From a virus, in the IMG/VR virus record IMGVR_UViG_3300045988_111617: a stretch of 64,000 bases of DNA, one strand, 5' to 3'. Under the pieces are notes generated by a model. That model ran no database searches. It had not been told where the DNA came from and saw only the letters and a list, made by a program, of their open reading frames with translations. Both the position numbers and the translations under genes were made by a program. Below are positions 20,654 through 31,933 of this stretch, one piece after another (position 1 is the first letter of the stretch; the number at the start of each line of letters is the position of its first letter).

Positions 20654-22702
20654 TTAGTTTTCATTAGTAACAAAAATATCATAAAGGAATCCAGAGGCAA
20701 CATCTTTCATAAAACTACCTCTACTAAACCCTCCCTTAATTTCATCTCTAAGAGAAGAAGTTCCTAACCATCTTCCATAACCAGTCATTGGGTCTTCCTC
20801 TACTATTGTTTTAACAACATCTCCATCTGATGTGTAAGTAATATAGCCATAGTAACCTTTACCTAAATCTACTCCTCCTTGTATAGGCATCATTCCTGTC
20901 CTCTCAAGCATACTTAAACCGAATTCACTTAATTCAGCATTTTTATTGCTAATACCTGTTTCTGAATTTGAGTAATCTTTTAGGTAATTATTTGTTGCAA
21001 TGTATCTATTTCTATAATCATCAATCTCTAAAATAGAGCCATAAGGAGCATATGATTTTCCAGTGTCTTTATCATGAATAACTACAGGTTCAGAATCTGT
21101 TGCTATTATTCTAAGTCTATCCTCTGTTGATTTATTCTTATGAATAAGATTATCTACATCTGACTTAGAAATAAATTTACCAGTTTCCAAATCTATCAAA
21201 CCTTTAGTTTGACTTTTTCCACTTCCTAAAGAGGAACTTACACCATTTAATATAGCATCTATAGAATTATGTTGTTCAGTAGGTGTTACTCTAGGAATAA
21301 TACCAGACTTTTCTTTAGTAGCTTGGGCTTTATCTAAAGCTACTCCTAATTGTATAGACTGTACAATGTTTTCTCCAGGAATATAAGAATATCTTTCTGC
21401 TAAAGAATCTAATTTATTTTGAATTTCCTGTATCCTAGTTCTATCAGAACCACTTGAGATATTACTTCTTGCTTTAGTAAAAGCAGCTTGCTCTTCTTTA
21501 CTTAAGTCCCCTAGATAAGTTTTCTTTCCATTCTTAATAAAATATTTACTTTTTGATGTAGAAGCTGCTATTGATTTTGAAAGAGCATCCATTCCAGAGG
21601 TTCCTAATGACCCTGTAGGTGTAGAGGAAGTTTCAGTATATGTTCCATACTTAGATTGAATTTCTGAAACAGTATCAAAGTCTTTTTGATACTTTGCTAA
21701 TAAGGCATCTAACTCAGGATTTGATAAACTTTTACCATCTTTAAGGGTTAAAGCTTGTATAAATTTATCTATATCTGAGAATTCATCTCCATTACCTTCA
21801 TGCCCCATACTTGACAGAAATGTAGGTAATTTAGGAACAGTAGGAACTTTTTCTGGTTTTCTTCTTCTATCTGCCTGAATTAAATCCCAGTTTCTATTTT
21901 GAAGGTATTGCACTTCAGTATTACCTGAAAGACCTGCCTTCATTCCCTCTATAATATACTGTTCTGCTTTATTTCTATCTTCCTGTGTAAATCCTTGTTT
22001 ACCAATATCTGTATTATTAAGAATATCTTCAATTTGACTTCTTAATTCTGGAATGCTATCTGCTACATCATTCATGAAGTCCTGCATTTGTTTAGAATCA
22101 GGACCATATTGTTTAGTAATCCTATAATACTGTCCTCCTAAAGTATTAGCTAAAGCCTCTCCTTCTGGAACATCTCTAAGTGTTCTGGAAAAAGCCTCTG
22201 CAAGTGCTTTACCTCTTGAATAAAGTTCATTTCCACTTACATAGTAAGTCTCTGGAGATTTACCATTCATGTAACTTGATACTGCCTGATAGTAAGGATT
22301 AGCATTAGTCATAAGGGTTTTATCTTGACTGGATAATTTATCCCAATTCTTTCTAGCCTCAGCTCTAGCTTCAGTAGCTACTTTGATTGGAGCTATGTCA
22401 GAACCAAACCTTCTTCTAAGATTCTGTAAAGTCTTTCTATTTTCAGAAGACAATCCTTTAGAAGAAAGAGTGGCAGCTGCTGAATTTAATTCCTGCATAT
22501 AAGGGTTATATACAGTGTCCATTAAATCTTTATCAAGAGTATCATCTAATTGAGAACCTATCAATCCTGCATTCTCAGCATAAGTATTATATAACTCTTC
22601 CCTCTTATCAAACTCTTGCTTATATGTTTGATATGGTACAAGCATTTCAGCAAGAGTATATGGTTGAAATTTACTTCCTATTGTTGTATATGCTGTAGCC
22701 AT
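20654..22702 (-). CDS. Large structural/ejection-type protein (682 aa)
   Basis: ORF tightly packed between giant genes (2-nt gap, start overlaps the upstream stop). Confidence 0.75.
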   Translation of the reverse strand: MATAYTTIGSKFQPYTLAEMLVPYQTYKQEFDKREELYNTYAENAGLIGSQLDDTLDKDLMDTVYNPYMQELNSAAATLSSKGLSSENRKTLQNLRRRFGSDIAPIKVATEARAEARKNWDKLSSQDKTLMTNANPYYQAVSSYMNGKSPETYYVSGNELYSRGKALAEAFSRTLRDVPEGEALANTLGGQYYRITKQYGPDSKQMQDFMNDVADSIPELRSQIEDILNNTDIGKQGFTQEDRNKAEQYIIEGMKAGLSGNTEVQYLQNRNWDLIQADRRRKPEKVPTVPKLPTFLSSMGHEGNGDEFSDIDKFIQALTLKDGKSLSNPELDALLAKYQKDFDTVSEIQSKYGTYTETSSTPTGSLGTSGMDALSKSIAASTSKSKYFIKNGKKTYLGDLSKEEQAAFTKARSNISSGSDRTRIQEIQNKLDSLAERYSYIPGENIVQSIQLGVALDKAQATKEKSGIIPRVTPTEQHNSIDAILNGVSSSLGSGKSQTKGLIDLETGKFISKSDVDNLIHKNKSTEDRLRIIATDSEPVVIHDKDTGKSYAPYGSILEIDDYRNRYIATNNYLKDYSNSETGISNKNAELSEFGLSMLERTGMMPIQGGVDLGKGYYGYITYTSDGDVVKTIVEEDPMTGYGRWLGTSSLRDEIKGGFSRGSFMKDVASGFLYDIFVTNEN

Positions 22703-24882
22703 TATTTTCCCCTCCTACTTCTTTTAGTTAGCATTCCACCATTTTTCTTCCAACCTCTTTTCATAGGCTCACTAAGAGTTCCAAATAAGTCAGAATCAAT
22801 CATTGCTTGAAGCATATTAGTATCTCTATTTTCTCTTCCTATTGCTCCTAAGTTATCAAAGAAGTTTGTAAGATTAGCACTTCTTGAAGTAGCTAATGCA
22901 GTGTCTGCTAATTCTCTCATATTAGCTGCTGTGGCAGTTCCTGATAATCTCATATTATCTCTTGCTTGAGCTAACTGTGCATTTTGTGCAGCAGCTTGCA
23001 TAAGTGCTCCAGAATTATACTGACTAGTTCCTCTATTAAACTGTGCTATACTTTGCCTAAGTTGCTCATTATACATATCAGTTTTAAGTAAAGCATCTGC
23101 AATTCCTTGCTGAGCATTATAATCTGCTGCAAGTAAACCAGCCATTCTTTGTCCAGAACTAAGTCCTGAGTTCATTACTGCTCTTCTTGTAGCTCCTGCT
23201 TGTCCCTTAAGCTGATTTAAATAATAATCTCTATTAATAGGATTATAACTTAAATAATCACTAAGTAATGTTGGAGAAACTTTATTTCTTGATGAATTAT
23301 TAACAACATCAAGAATTAAATCTGAGTTAGTATAATCAGGTTTTTGAAATACACTTTGAACTGCTCCTAATGCAGAACCTACTGCTGGAGCATATCTGGA
23401 ATAAGTATCTTTAGTTCCTGCAAACTTTCTACCTCCAAATGCCATCATTTGTTGAGTACCTGTTTTTCCTTTCTTCATTCTTTGTTCTTCTTGGAGTGAA
23501 GCCAACTTACCTAATGAAGCTTCAAGTCCTCTTTTACTGATAGGGTCATTAGGTCTTTCTGCTGATTCTTTACTCATATCTTCTGCAATAAGAGCAAAGG
23601 TATGTCCTTTATATTTCTTAGGAAGATTAGATTCCTTTAGTTCTTTGTCAGTAGGATGAAGTCTATTAGAAAACACATAATCATTATATAAGACTTCTCC
23701 TTCTTCTACTAAATTAGGTTGCCCATCTGGAGCTACTCCCATAGGAACACCCTCAAAAGGATTCTGTTCATGAGTTCCTCCATTGTTTATAAATGTAACT
23801 CCATTACTGAAATCCCCTCCATGTGTTTGAGATTCTAACAAACTGTCATACATATTATCTCTATCTTTTATATATCCTCCTAAAGCATGTTTCCAACCAG
23901 CTGCATTTCTAGCAAAGTTAGCTCTCTTTACAAGAGTAGAAGAATATTTATCTTTATTGGCTAATATATGTCTTGCATATTCCTGTACTCCCATACCTGC
24001 TCTACTAGCAGATTCTGTGAATTTTCCTCTGTTTTTCTTTTTTATATTAATAGGTCCTCCTTCAGCAGCATAAGCATACTGCATAGCATTTCTAGCATTA
24101 TTCTGCATAACATCATTTACTTGGAAATCATAGTTATCTATTGCCATATTATTGGCAGCTTCTGCCGCTTGATTAAGGAATCTAGCTTTTTTCCTTGCCT
24201 TATTTTTACCTGTAAATATTCCTGCAAGACTTCCTCCTAATCCTATAGCAGCACCTGCTATAGCACCATAAGGACCTCCTACAGAAGCTCCAGCCATAGC
24301 TCCAGAACCTACAGCTGATAAAGTATTTCCAAATAGCTCACTATTAGATACTCCTCTTACATCTTTCCAAGAGTAATCATCTTTTAGAAAATCAAGACTA
24401 TTGTAAGTATTCATAAGAGAATTACTGTCAGTAGCTCCAGAGAAATCAGTATCTCTTAAATCTTTTATAGTACTTTCTATTCCAGTAGTATCTGCAATTT
24501 GAGCATTCTTTAATGAAGAATCTATTATTGAAGTTACTCCACTAACTACATTACCTGCTTTGCCCATAAAGTTAGAAAAATCAAATCCAGAACCTGCTGA
24601 TTTACTGGTCTGAGCAAGTCCATTATTAGTAGGAATAAGTCCTGCGGCTCTTGCTTGTTCTGGAGTAAGTTTCCTTATGTCTCCAAAGTTACTTACAAAG
24701 TTATTAATTGGTTGGATAGTGGCTCCGAAATTATGTTCTCCATCAAATATATTACCAACAGTTGGCTTATTTCTTTTTTGTAGAGATAAGTCAAGTGTTT
24801 TACTATGTCTTCTTTTAATATTATATTTAGCCATAACATAATTATTTGTTGCAAAGGTAACAAAATTAATTGATTTAAACAA
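22702..24882 (-). CDS. Large structural/ejection-type protein (726 aa) with Gly/Ala-rich hydrophobic segment
   Basis: ORF. Segment GSGAMAGASVGGPYGAIAGAAIGLGGSLAGIFTG resembles a membrane-inserting glycine zipper, as in internal ejected proteins. Confidence 0.75.
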   Translation of the reverse strand: MFKSINFVTFATNNYVMAKYNIKRRHSKTLDLSLQKRNKPTVGNIFDGEHNFGATIQPINNFVSNFGDIRKLTPEQARAAGLIPTNNGLAQTSKSAGSGFDFSNFMGKAGNVVSGVTSIIDSSLKNAQIADTTGIESTIKDLRDTDFSGATDSNSLMNTYNSLDFLKDDYSWKDVRGVSNSELFGNTLSAVGSGAMAGASVGGPYGAIAGAAIGLGGSLAGIFTGKNKARKKARFLNQAAEAANNMAIDNYDFQVNDVMQNNARNAMQYAYAAEGGPINIKKKNRGKFTESASRAGMGVQEYARHILANKDKYSSTLVKRANFARNAAGWKHALGGYIKDRDNMYDSLLESQTHGGDFSNGVTFINNGGTHEQNPFEGVPMGVAPDGQPNLVEEGEVLYNDYVFSNRLHPTDKELKESNLPKKYKGHTFALIAEDMSKESAERPNDPISKRGLEASLGKLASLQEEQRMKKGKTGTQQMMAFGGRKFAGTKDTYSRYAPAVGSALGAVQSVFQKPDYTNSDLILDVVNNSSRNKVSPTLLSDYLSYNPINRDYYLNQLKGQAGATRRAVMNSGLSSGQRMAGLLAADYNAQQGIADALLKTDMYNEQLRQSIAQFNRGTSQYNSGALMQAAAQNAQLAQARDNMRLSGTATAANMRELADTALATSRSANLTNFFDNLGAIGRENRDTNMLQAMIDSDLFGTLSEPMKRGWKKNGGMLTKRSRRGK

Positions 24883-24901
24883 TAAGGTATGTAAAATAAT
24901 A

Positions 24902-24934
24902 AAAGAGTAGTAAGTGATTTACTTACTACTCTCT
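24902..24934 (-). terminator. Terminator hairpin (13-bp stem AAGAGTAGTAAGT/ACTTACTACTCTT) followed on the - strand by TTTTATTATTTT
   Basis: Perfect inverted repeat directly after the stop of the 1912-aa gene. Confidence 0.65.
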
Positions 24935-24937
24935 TAA

Positions 24938-27900
24938 CTATTCAAAATATCTTACTGCCAAATCATGGAACTCCATTCTTTCATTAGAAAGAGTTGGAGT
25001 CTTGGACAGTTTAAGATATATCCAAGGGTTTCTTATTCTATTCAATCCATAAGGATTATCAGGACCTTTCTTATCTCTTGGGATATCCATTCTCCATATT
25101 CTGAACTTCCTCCTTACATCAGGATATTTATCTCTTGCCTTAAAAGGATATAGAGGAGAAGTAGAGTCACCTACAGAAATCTTGTTTCCCTGATATTCAT
25201 TCCATACTTCAAGAGTATCAAAGGTATCTCCCGTAAGTTTTCCCTCACCAGGTATATAAGGATTATAATCTGGGTCACTCATATCAAACATGTCAGCTCT
25301 ATATTCAAGAGTACTGAATGTTTTGTCTCCATAAGGGTCAGGAGTAATTCTATATAACATATGATAGCCTTGTAAGCTTCCAAACAGATTATTGAACTCT
25401 CCTTTACCCTGTATCCACAATTTATTTACTCCCTTGTTATCCTCTCTGAATGCTACAAATTTATCCTGAACATTAACCATCATTGGAACTTCTCCATAGC
25501 TGAAGAATGATGTAAATTGATTAAGCATTTCATTATAGCACAGTACATCCTGCTGGGTCTCTTCACTCCCTCTAAGGAAGTAGACATCATCATTCCCCCT
25601 ATCCCAGTAAGCAACAAAGTTATTGAAGTCCACAGGATTCCATAAGTCAGTAGAATTGTTTCTTCCTATCCAATCCTTGAACCCCTTCTCATCAGAGAGA
25701 GATTTCACAGTTCCTGTGAACAGACTGAGTGAACTGTTGATATTATCTATGAAGTAGATACCATTCTTGGTTTCAACTATGGACCACTTGTTGATACATC
25801 CAGCCTTGTCAGTAATATACCTCTTTCCATCAACCTTACCTGAGTTGGCAATCTCAATAGGTACTCCTTGCTGAGTTCCAATCTGAGTTCTTGAATTAAA
25901 GAGTATCTCAGCAATACCTTTATCCTGGAATGCTATAAGTGAGTTCTGGAACCTTCTTATAGCTCTAAGTGGTCCTTTATCACCATCAAGAGTTTCAATT
26001 TCAGATAAAGTAATATTAGTCCAAATATCTATATCTTCTCCTGGAGTTTTTTCTTTAGTCCAAGTAAACTGAGTAGGATAAGAAGTAGTAGTATCAGTAC
26101 TATCAAGTACAACAGAAGTATTGAATGAATCCTGTCTGGTATAAGCTTTATTAATACTATTAAAGGTTTCTGTGTTTACAAGAGTATAATCAGAAGTAGA
26201 CATATTCTTATCAGTCTTTCCATTAAGATTGATTCTACTTTCAATCATTCCAGAAAAGATTTCAATAATACTGTTGTCTTTACCTTTTGTGTATGGTATA
26301 GTTTTAAGGACATCATATCTCTGATAATAAGAGTCACCTTCTACTCCATAAAGAATATTAGATTTAGTAATGTCAGTAACAGCACCACAATCTACAAAAG
26401 TATTCTTCTTTAAAGCATCTTCTCTTGTTCCTCCATATCTATAATCATCTTCAGAATAATCTTTAATATCTCTATAAAGTTCTCCTACAAAGAGTAAAGA
26501 AGTATCAAAAGTATCTGTATCTATTTTACCTGAATTATAAGTATCTAGAGGAATGGATAAATTGTCTGGTTTTATTGTAATATTATTTAAAAGTACCTCA
26601 TTCAAAGTATTTATTTCTCTAGTATATTTATAAGACGTTCCTTTATAATCTTTTAAGTATACAACTTCAAGTTCAGGATTTAATCCAATATTTGTTTTTA
26701 TACTTACTCCTTTATTTATATCATCGACAGTTAAAGTTTCAGTAGTATTAAGCTTAAATATTGGAGATTGAACTGCTCTATTAGAAGAGTATCCTATATA
26801 CAATGGGCTATAAGTAGCATCTATTTTGAAAGAATACTTGTCAGAATCTGCTTTTGTAATTGTTATAGTATTACCTATCTCAACAGTTTTTTCACTAATA
26901 CCTTCTGAATTTATATACAATAAATCATAAAGACCTGATTCACTTCCTGGGGTAATACTTAAGGTATATTTAGTAGTAACACCTCCTTCTATTACAGGAG
27001 TCACTGTTACTGTAAAACCAGGATAAACATTCTTTTTGTATTCTACATCTTCTCCTAGATAAGTAACAGCATTACCTGATATCTCTTTGATAAAAGCAAT
27101 AGCTAATTTATTTGAATAAGCATTCTTAGCATTTTTAAAATCCTTATCAAAGGAATTATAAGCATCTACTGTGGAAGTATTATCAAGTTCTATTATATAA
27201 ACAGAGCCAGAATTCAGCAATCTATCTGGAGTATAATAAGGATAATCTCCAGTTATAAGAGTATCATTCATTGGTAATTCATCAACATAAGTTTCCCAAG
27301 GAAGATAATAATTAGATAAATTAATATTTAGAGTATCTGCATTTACTGAAGGCAATATAATTGTTTCATCTCCTACAGGATTAAAAGACAGAATACAGTT
27401 CTTTTTACTCTTTGCTGCTACATTTACAGGAGCTGTAGAGTCTGTAACAACAGCTTCCCAGTTAGCAGTATCTGATAAAAAGTCTAATCCTTCTGTATAT
27501 TGCTTATCTCCAGTAGTATACTCTTTATATTTTTCTGAAGATTTATCATCAGAACTAACACTCAAAACAAAGTCATAATTATTATAGTAAAGCCTTTCAT
27601 CCCTGATATTTAGAAATACATTGTCTATAGATTCATCAGCTATATTTATATTACTGATTCCTCCTTTAGGCTCCCAAGCCATCTTCATATAATAATTATA
27701 ATCTCCAGTATTAGTTATATCTAAATCTGTTCTATATTTATTGAGCCAGCAATAATTAGTAAATAAACTATATTTAAGATTAGCAAGTATTTTATCTTTA
27801 ACTACATATTCCTCAATATCATTTTTCTTATATAGAGCACCTGTTTTATGCCAAGGATATATTATATAAGGAGCTACCACAGAACTGCTGTCTTTTTTTA

Positions 27901-30676
27901 TAGCATCTCCACTAAAAAATGGTAAAGTAGGAGCCTGTTCTGGATATTGAGAAATATTCTCTTTATTCAAATTATCTGGCAAGAAACTACTTTCAGAGTT
28001 GTCTTTTTCAGGATTCATGTAGAAACCAGTAGTTCCTGCTGTAAGTGGAGAATAACCTATAATTCTAAATTTAAAATCATCTGGAAGAGTCTGATACTCA
28101 CCAAACTCAATATCTGGAGAATTAAGAGTTACTATAGACTCATCTATATAGAACCTATTACCTAAAGTCTTGCTATATAAAAGTCCATTATTTGCTAATA
28201 CTCCTCCTACTTTTATTTTTCTTCTTTGCAGAGGAGCAGAGGTTCTTTTGTGATAGGCGGCCTTTCCTGCATTTTTCCAATCTGCATAAAGAGCAGTTTT
28301 CATCTCCTCTGTGGGTTTAGAAGGGAAATATCTAGCATATTTTGGATAATGAGCTAATAACCTTGGATATAAATCTTTCGTATAAGACCTACTAAATTCT
28401 TGCCATACTTTGTTAAATCCTGCTGCTGCATAAGCTTCTCTCCATTTAGAACTAATATTTATAGTTGCTTCTGAAATTAATCCAACATTATCATATACCT
28501 CTTCTTTTCCTTCATTATTAAAAAACTCCAGTATTGCTTGAGCTTCTGCTCCTGTTACACCATAAAATCCTCCTTTATTGTCTTTATAATAAGCCTTGAC
28601 AGTCCACCTAACCCAAACCTGTCTTCTATCTAAAGCTATATCATTCAGAGTAAAATAAGGAGGCTTAGTTATTTCTTTGCCCTGCTCATCATATTCTCCA
28701 TTGACATTCTGTATTTCTGCTGAAATACTTTTGTTTGCTGGTATTTGTGAGAAATGAGTATTTGTAATAACATTGCTATTCTTAGGTCTAAAAAACCAAG
28801 AAGACATTGCATAAGGAGAATTCAATACTCTTTGAGTTGCATTGAATACAGTAGGATTAACAAAACCTTGAGCTATGACAGACCTATCAGATTCAGCCAT
28901 AATTGCCCTTACTAAAATAGCCCTTTTATAAGGGGTATTTTTAGAAATATAAGAAGCTACTTCTTGGGGTATTGTACATTTAGCTATTGCCTTATATGTT
29001 CTGATAGAATTTGATTTTGGATATAAAGTATTAACCTTATCTCCTATCCAATATACTGAACTTCTCCTTCCTGTACTTGTCAAGAAAACTAGTCCAAATC
29101 TATATTTCTCCCCACCCTTAAAGAACAGATATTTATTAGAACCTAAATTAAGTTGCTGGTCTTCATAATATACGGTTCCCAAACTGTTATTCTGAAATAC
29201 ATACTTATCAGAATATTCAAATTCAACCATAGAACTTTCTCCAGTAAAATCTCCGCTTGGAGTCTTTCCTATAGTATTATCTATAAGAGCTTTAAGTTCT
29301 GCATCAACTGAATCTGTTTGAAGCTCTATATTACCTAAGAATAAAGTATTATCTTTTTGAGCAAGAGTCTCTGCATGAATCTCTGTTCCTCCTATATAAA
29401 GGAGAGTAGTTGGGTCTATTGATATAGTATAAGAACCTGTATCTACATAAGAAACTTCATCTGTAATAGGTAGAGTAGCTACTTTATTACAAGACAAATT
29501 AGTTGTAGTAATAACAGAATAAATGTTTATATTATCAAATCTCTTGTCTAAGCCTCTTAGGTCTATTTTAAAAGCACAAGAAGCTGTAGAATCAGCTGAA
29601 GTTGCTCTTTCTTGGTCACTGAGATTGTATATATTACTTTTACCAACTATATTAGTTTCCTGTCCAAAATCATTTGAATAGGTGAAGAAGTATTGTATAG
29701 TCCCGCTACTAAATGAAGAAGTACCTAAAAATGTTTTTGTTATTTCAATATCAAGGTCAGGACTAAACTCTGTAACAAAATCAAACTGACTTGGATTATC
29801 ACTGCTATAGTCAAGTTTCTTTATATTGATAAATCTTGGTTGATTTATTCCATCTACCCAGTAAACTTTTTGTACAGCTTCTGTTTCATAATTGGCAAGA
29901 GTTTCTATTGGATGTTTAGAATCAAATCCTAAGTTTCCATCAAACAGTGATAAACTTCTCCAATTCTCCTCATCAATATACTCTATTCTATAGATATGGT
30001 CTATCTTAGTATCCTCTTCATGAGTAAATAGAACCATATAATTATTTAATACACTATGCCCTATTAAAGTTCCCTTTAAGGTTATTGGAGTTTCTGTTGG
30101 AGAATCCTCACTCTCATATAAAAATTTTCCATCATCATAATCATGATAAACAATATTTATAGGATGATACGTATGATTCTCCAATATATATCCTAACTCT
30201 GCCTTTAAATACTCTACTTCTGAAATAGGACTAGTTAAGGTGTTCCCTTCTTTAAATACCCATTTTCTAGAGTTATAAGTATATACCATACTTCCTGTTT
30301 CTCCAGATTTGAGTTTCCAAAGAAGAGTTAGTGAATTAGCATAACTCTCAATTTTAGAATCAACTTCAAAATCTCCATCAGCATAATAATCTATTATGTA
30401 AGCAGTACTTTTAGTAAAAGGCTGCCCCTTAAGCTCTATTTCTTTATTACCTCTTTCATTTGTAACAGAAAGGAGGGTATCATGGTCTCTGGCTATTATT
30501 CTGACATTGAAGTTCTCATAAGCAAATTCATTGTTTACTTTACTTATTGAGAGGTCTCTTGTCATTCCTCTATTTTGAAATGATGCAATCTTCTGTTCCA
30601 TATTACTTATATCTCCATATAAATCCTCCACAAGAATGCTGCCTTCCTTTACAACACTTTGTAATATCTCCAGCAC
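24938..30676 (-). CDS. Giant tail protein (1912 aa; muzzle/tail-fibre-like beta-rich protein)
   Basis: 5.7-kb ORF, Asn/Thr/Ser/Tyr-rich as in phage tail fibres and receptor-binding proteins. The annotated start overlaps the upstream GIY-YIG gene by 74 nt. An in-frame Met 25 codons downstream (about 30601) would remove the overlap. Confidence 0.8.
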   Translation of the reverse strand: MLEILQSVVKEGSILVEDLYGDISNMEQKIASFQNRGMTRDLSISKVNNEFAYENFNVRIIARDHDTLLSVTNERGNKEIELKGQPFTKSTAYIIDYYADGDFEVDSKIESYANSLTLLWKLKSGETGSMVYTYNSRKWVFKEGNTLTSPISEVEYLKAELGYILENHTYHPINIVYHDYDDGKFLYESEDSPTETPITLKGTLIGHSVLNNYMVLFTHEEDTKIDHIYRIEYIDEENWRSLSLFDGNLGFDSKHPIETLANYETEAVQKVYWVDGINQPRFINIKKLDYSSDNPSQFDFVTEFSPDLDIEITKTFLGTSSFSSGTIQYFFTYSNDFGQETNIVGKSNIYNLSDQERATSADSTASCAFKIDLRGLDKRFDNINIYSVITTTNLSCNKVATLPITDEVSYVDTGSYTISIDPTTLLYIGGTEIHAETLAQKDNTLFLGNIELQTDSVDAELKALIDNTIGKTPSGDFTGESSMVEFEYSDKYVFQNNSLGTVYYEDQQLNLGSNKYLFFKGGEKYRFGLVFLTSTGRRSSVYWIGDKVNTLYPKSNSIRTYKAIAKCTIPQEVASYISKNTPYKRAILVRAIMAESDRSVIAQGFVNPTVFNATQRVLNSPYAMSSWFFRPKNSNVITNTHFSQIPANKSISAEIQNVNGEYDEQGKEITKPPYFTLNDIALDRRQVWVRWTVKAYYKDNKGGFYGVTGAEAQAILEFFNNEGKEEVYDNVGLISEATINISSKWREAYAAAGFNKVWQEFSRSYTKDLYPRLLAHYPKYARYFPSKPTEEMKTALYADWKNAGKAAYHKRTSAPLQRRKIKVGGVLANNGLLYSKTLGNRFYIDESIVTLNSPDIEFGEYQTLPDDFKFRIIGYSPLTAGTTGFYMNPEKDNSESSFLPDNLNKENISQYPEQAPTLPFFSGDAIKKDSSSVVAPYIIYPWHKTGALYKKNDIEEYVVKDKILANLKYSLFTNYCWLNKYRTDLDITNTGDYNYYMKMAWEPKGGISNINIADESIDNVFLNIRDERLYYNNYDFVLSVSSDDKSSEKYKEYTTGDKQYTEGLDFLSDTANWEAVVTDSTAPVNVAAKSKKNCILSFNPVGDETIILPSVNADTLNINLSNYYLPWETYVDELPMNDTLITGDYPYYTPDRLLNSGSVYIIELDNTSTVDAYNSFDKDFKNAKNAYSNKLAIAFIKEISGNAVTYLGEDVEYKKNVYPGFTVTVTPVIEGGVTTKYTLSITPGSESGLYDLLYINSEGISEKTVEIGNTITITKADSDKYSFKIDATYSPLYIGYSSNRAVQSPIFKLNTTETLTVDDINKGVSIKTNIGLNPELEVVYLKDYKGTSYKYTREINTLNEVLLNNITIKPDNLSIPLDTYNSGKIDTDTFDTSLLFVGELYRDIKDYSEDDYRYGGTREDALKKNTFVDCGAVTDITKSNILYGVEGDSYYQRYDVLKTIPYTKGKDNSIIEIFSGMIESRINLNGKTDKNMSTSDYTLVNTETFNSINKAYTRQDSFNTSVVLDSTDTTTSYPTQFTWTKEKTPGEDIDIWTNITLSEIETLDGDKGPLRAIRRFQNSLIAFQDKGIAEILFNSRTQIGTQQGVPIEIANSGKVDGKRYITDKAGCINKWSIVETKNGIYFIDNINSSLSLFTGTVKSLSDEKGFKDWIGRNNSTDLWNPVDFNNFVAYWDRGNDDVYFLRGSEETQQDVLCYNEMLNQFTSFFSYGEVPMMVNVQDKFVAFREDNKGVNKLWIQGKGEFNNLFGSLQGYHMLYRITPDPYGDKTFSTLEYRADMFDMSDPDYNPYIPGEGKLTGDTFDTLEVWNEYQGNKISVGDSTSPLYPFKARDKYPDVRRKFRIWRMDIPRDKKGPDNPYGLNRIRNPWIYLKLSKTPTLSNERMEFHDLAVRYFE

Positions 30677-31211
30677 ACAGATTATTTATAGCAGCTGCCT
30701 CTCTTATAGACTTATACTCTGCCATAAAATCTCCAATTTTTGAAAACTGAAGAACAGCTTTACTACATTTTATCTTGGCTGCTTCTGCACCATGTAATAT
30801 CTGTTCTTTTGGAAATATCCTTCCTTTAAGAGAACTTGCTATTTTACTTCTCCACTCTTTAGATAAAGTTCTTCCCTTCCTTTGTTTAGACCATATCTTC
30901 TTTGTTTCCTCTGATGGTTTGTATCCCAAATATCCATCCCCACCATCTGAAAGGTTGTAAGAAATACCTAAACTTTTATAGTGTCTTATAAGGTCTATCT
31001 CCAGAGACTTAGCTGTAAATTCATCTAATCCAGTAAATAGAACTTCATGCTTTATGTTATTCCATCCATACTTTAGTATGGCATTAAAGAAATAAGTATG
31101 TCTTTTGTATCCTTTCCCATTGTACCATCTCTTTTCAGGAATTTGAGTAGTGATTCCTATATAAACTTTTCCTGATGGAGATGTATGTCTATATAAACTG
31201 TATGACTTCAT
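30603..31211 (-). CDS. GIY-YIG homing endonuclease with NUMOD3 DNA-binding repeats
   Basis: N-terminus MKSYSLYRHTSPSGKVYIGIT...EKRW...KYGWNN...YNLSDGG is a GIY-YIG catalytic core. C-terminus EETKKIWSKQRKGRTLSKEWRSKIASSLKGR is a NUMOD3 repeat. Confidence 0.8.
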   Translation of the reverse strand: MKSYSLYRHTSPSGKVYIGITTQIPEKRWYNGKGYKRHTYFFNAILKYGWNNIKHEVLFTGLDEFTAKSLEIDLIRHYKSLGISYNLSDGGDGYLGYKPSEETKKIWSKQRKGRTLSKEWRSKIASSLKGRIFPKEQILHGAEAAKIKCSKAVLQFSKIGDFMAEYKSIREAAAINNLCAGDITKCCKGRQHSCGGFIWRYK

Positions 31212-31933
31212 GACTGTACAGTTAAATATTCTTTAGACCCAGAATTTATAAATCCTTTTGAATGTTCATTAGCCCTTGCTATTAAAGCTGTCCACAGATT
31301 AGTAAGAGATTCCATCTGGTCAATAGATGGCATTATCATATCAGTCTGACACTGGCCAACATAAAATGCATATTCCTGCTGGGCATTCTGTAGAATGGCA
31401 GGCTGTAGTTTTCCTAAATCAAACAGTATAGTGAACTGCTGTTTCTTGATATAGGCTTCAAGGGCTCTAAGGAAGGAAGGATTGTCAGGTAATAAAGGAT
31501 AACCTTCATCATCAGTTGCTATGGCATTATAGGCTATCTCTATATCTGTATCCTTAGTTGAGGTATATATAACACTTCCTTGAATCTTATATGTAAGGTC
31601 AGTCCCATATCTTCCTACATCAGGCTTCTCATTGCTCATATGAAATGAGTCAGTAGAATACCTATAGGATATATGAGACCTATGGTCAGGTTCTATGCCA
31701 TCAACTTTCTTGGCTGTCCTTACCTGTATCATAGATACATAATCACAAGGCAGCATACATCTGTAATTCTCTACATGAAGTAAAGCAGTCTTCTCTTCAA
31801 AGAGAGAAGGAACTCCTACTATCTGTAAGAAATCTACAGTGTAATCAAGAATAGTTTCAAAGGGCACATCTCTGAGAAGAGGATGTCTCATTATTCTGTC
31901 AGCAACCCTTCTTATGTTAGTTGTCTTCTCCAT
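31208..31933 (-). CDS. Hypothetical structural-block protein (241 aa)
   Basis: ORF with ATGA overlap with the downstream gene. Confidence 0.7.
   Translation of the reverse strand: MEKTTNIRRVADRIMRHPLLRDVPFETILDYTVDFLQIVGVPSLFEEKTALLHVENYRCMLPCDYVSMIQVRTAKKVDGIEPDHRSHISYRYSTDSFHMSNEKPDVGRYGTDLTYKIQGSVIYTSTKDTDIEIAYNAIATDDEGYPLLPDNPSFLRALEAYIKKQQFTILFDLGKLQPAILQNAQQEYAFYVGQCQTDMIMPSIDQMESLTNLWTALIARANEHSKGFINSGSKEYLTVQS

Noticed and set aside
30547-30750. + strand 67-aa ORF at the tail-gene / GIY-YIG junction
   Set aside because: It is antisense to two overlapping well-supported genes and has no independent support.
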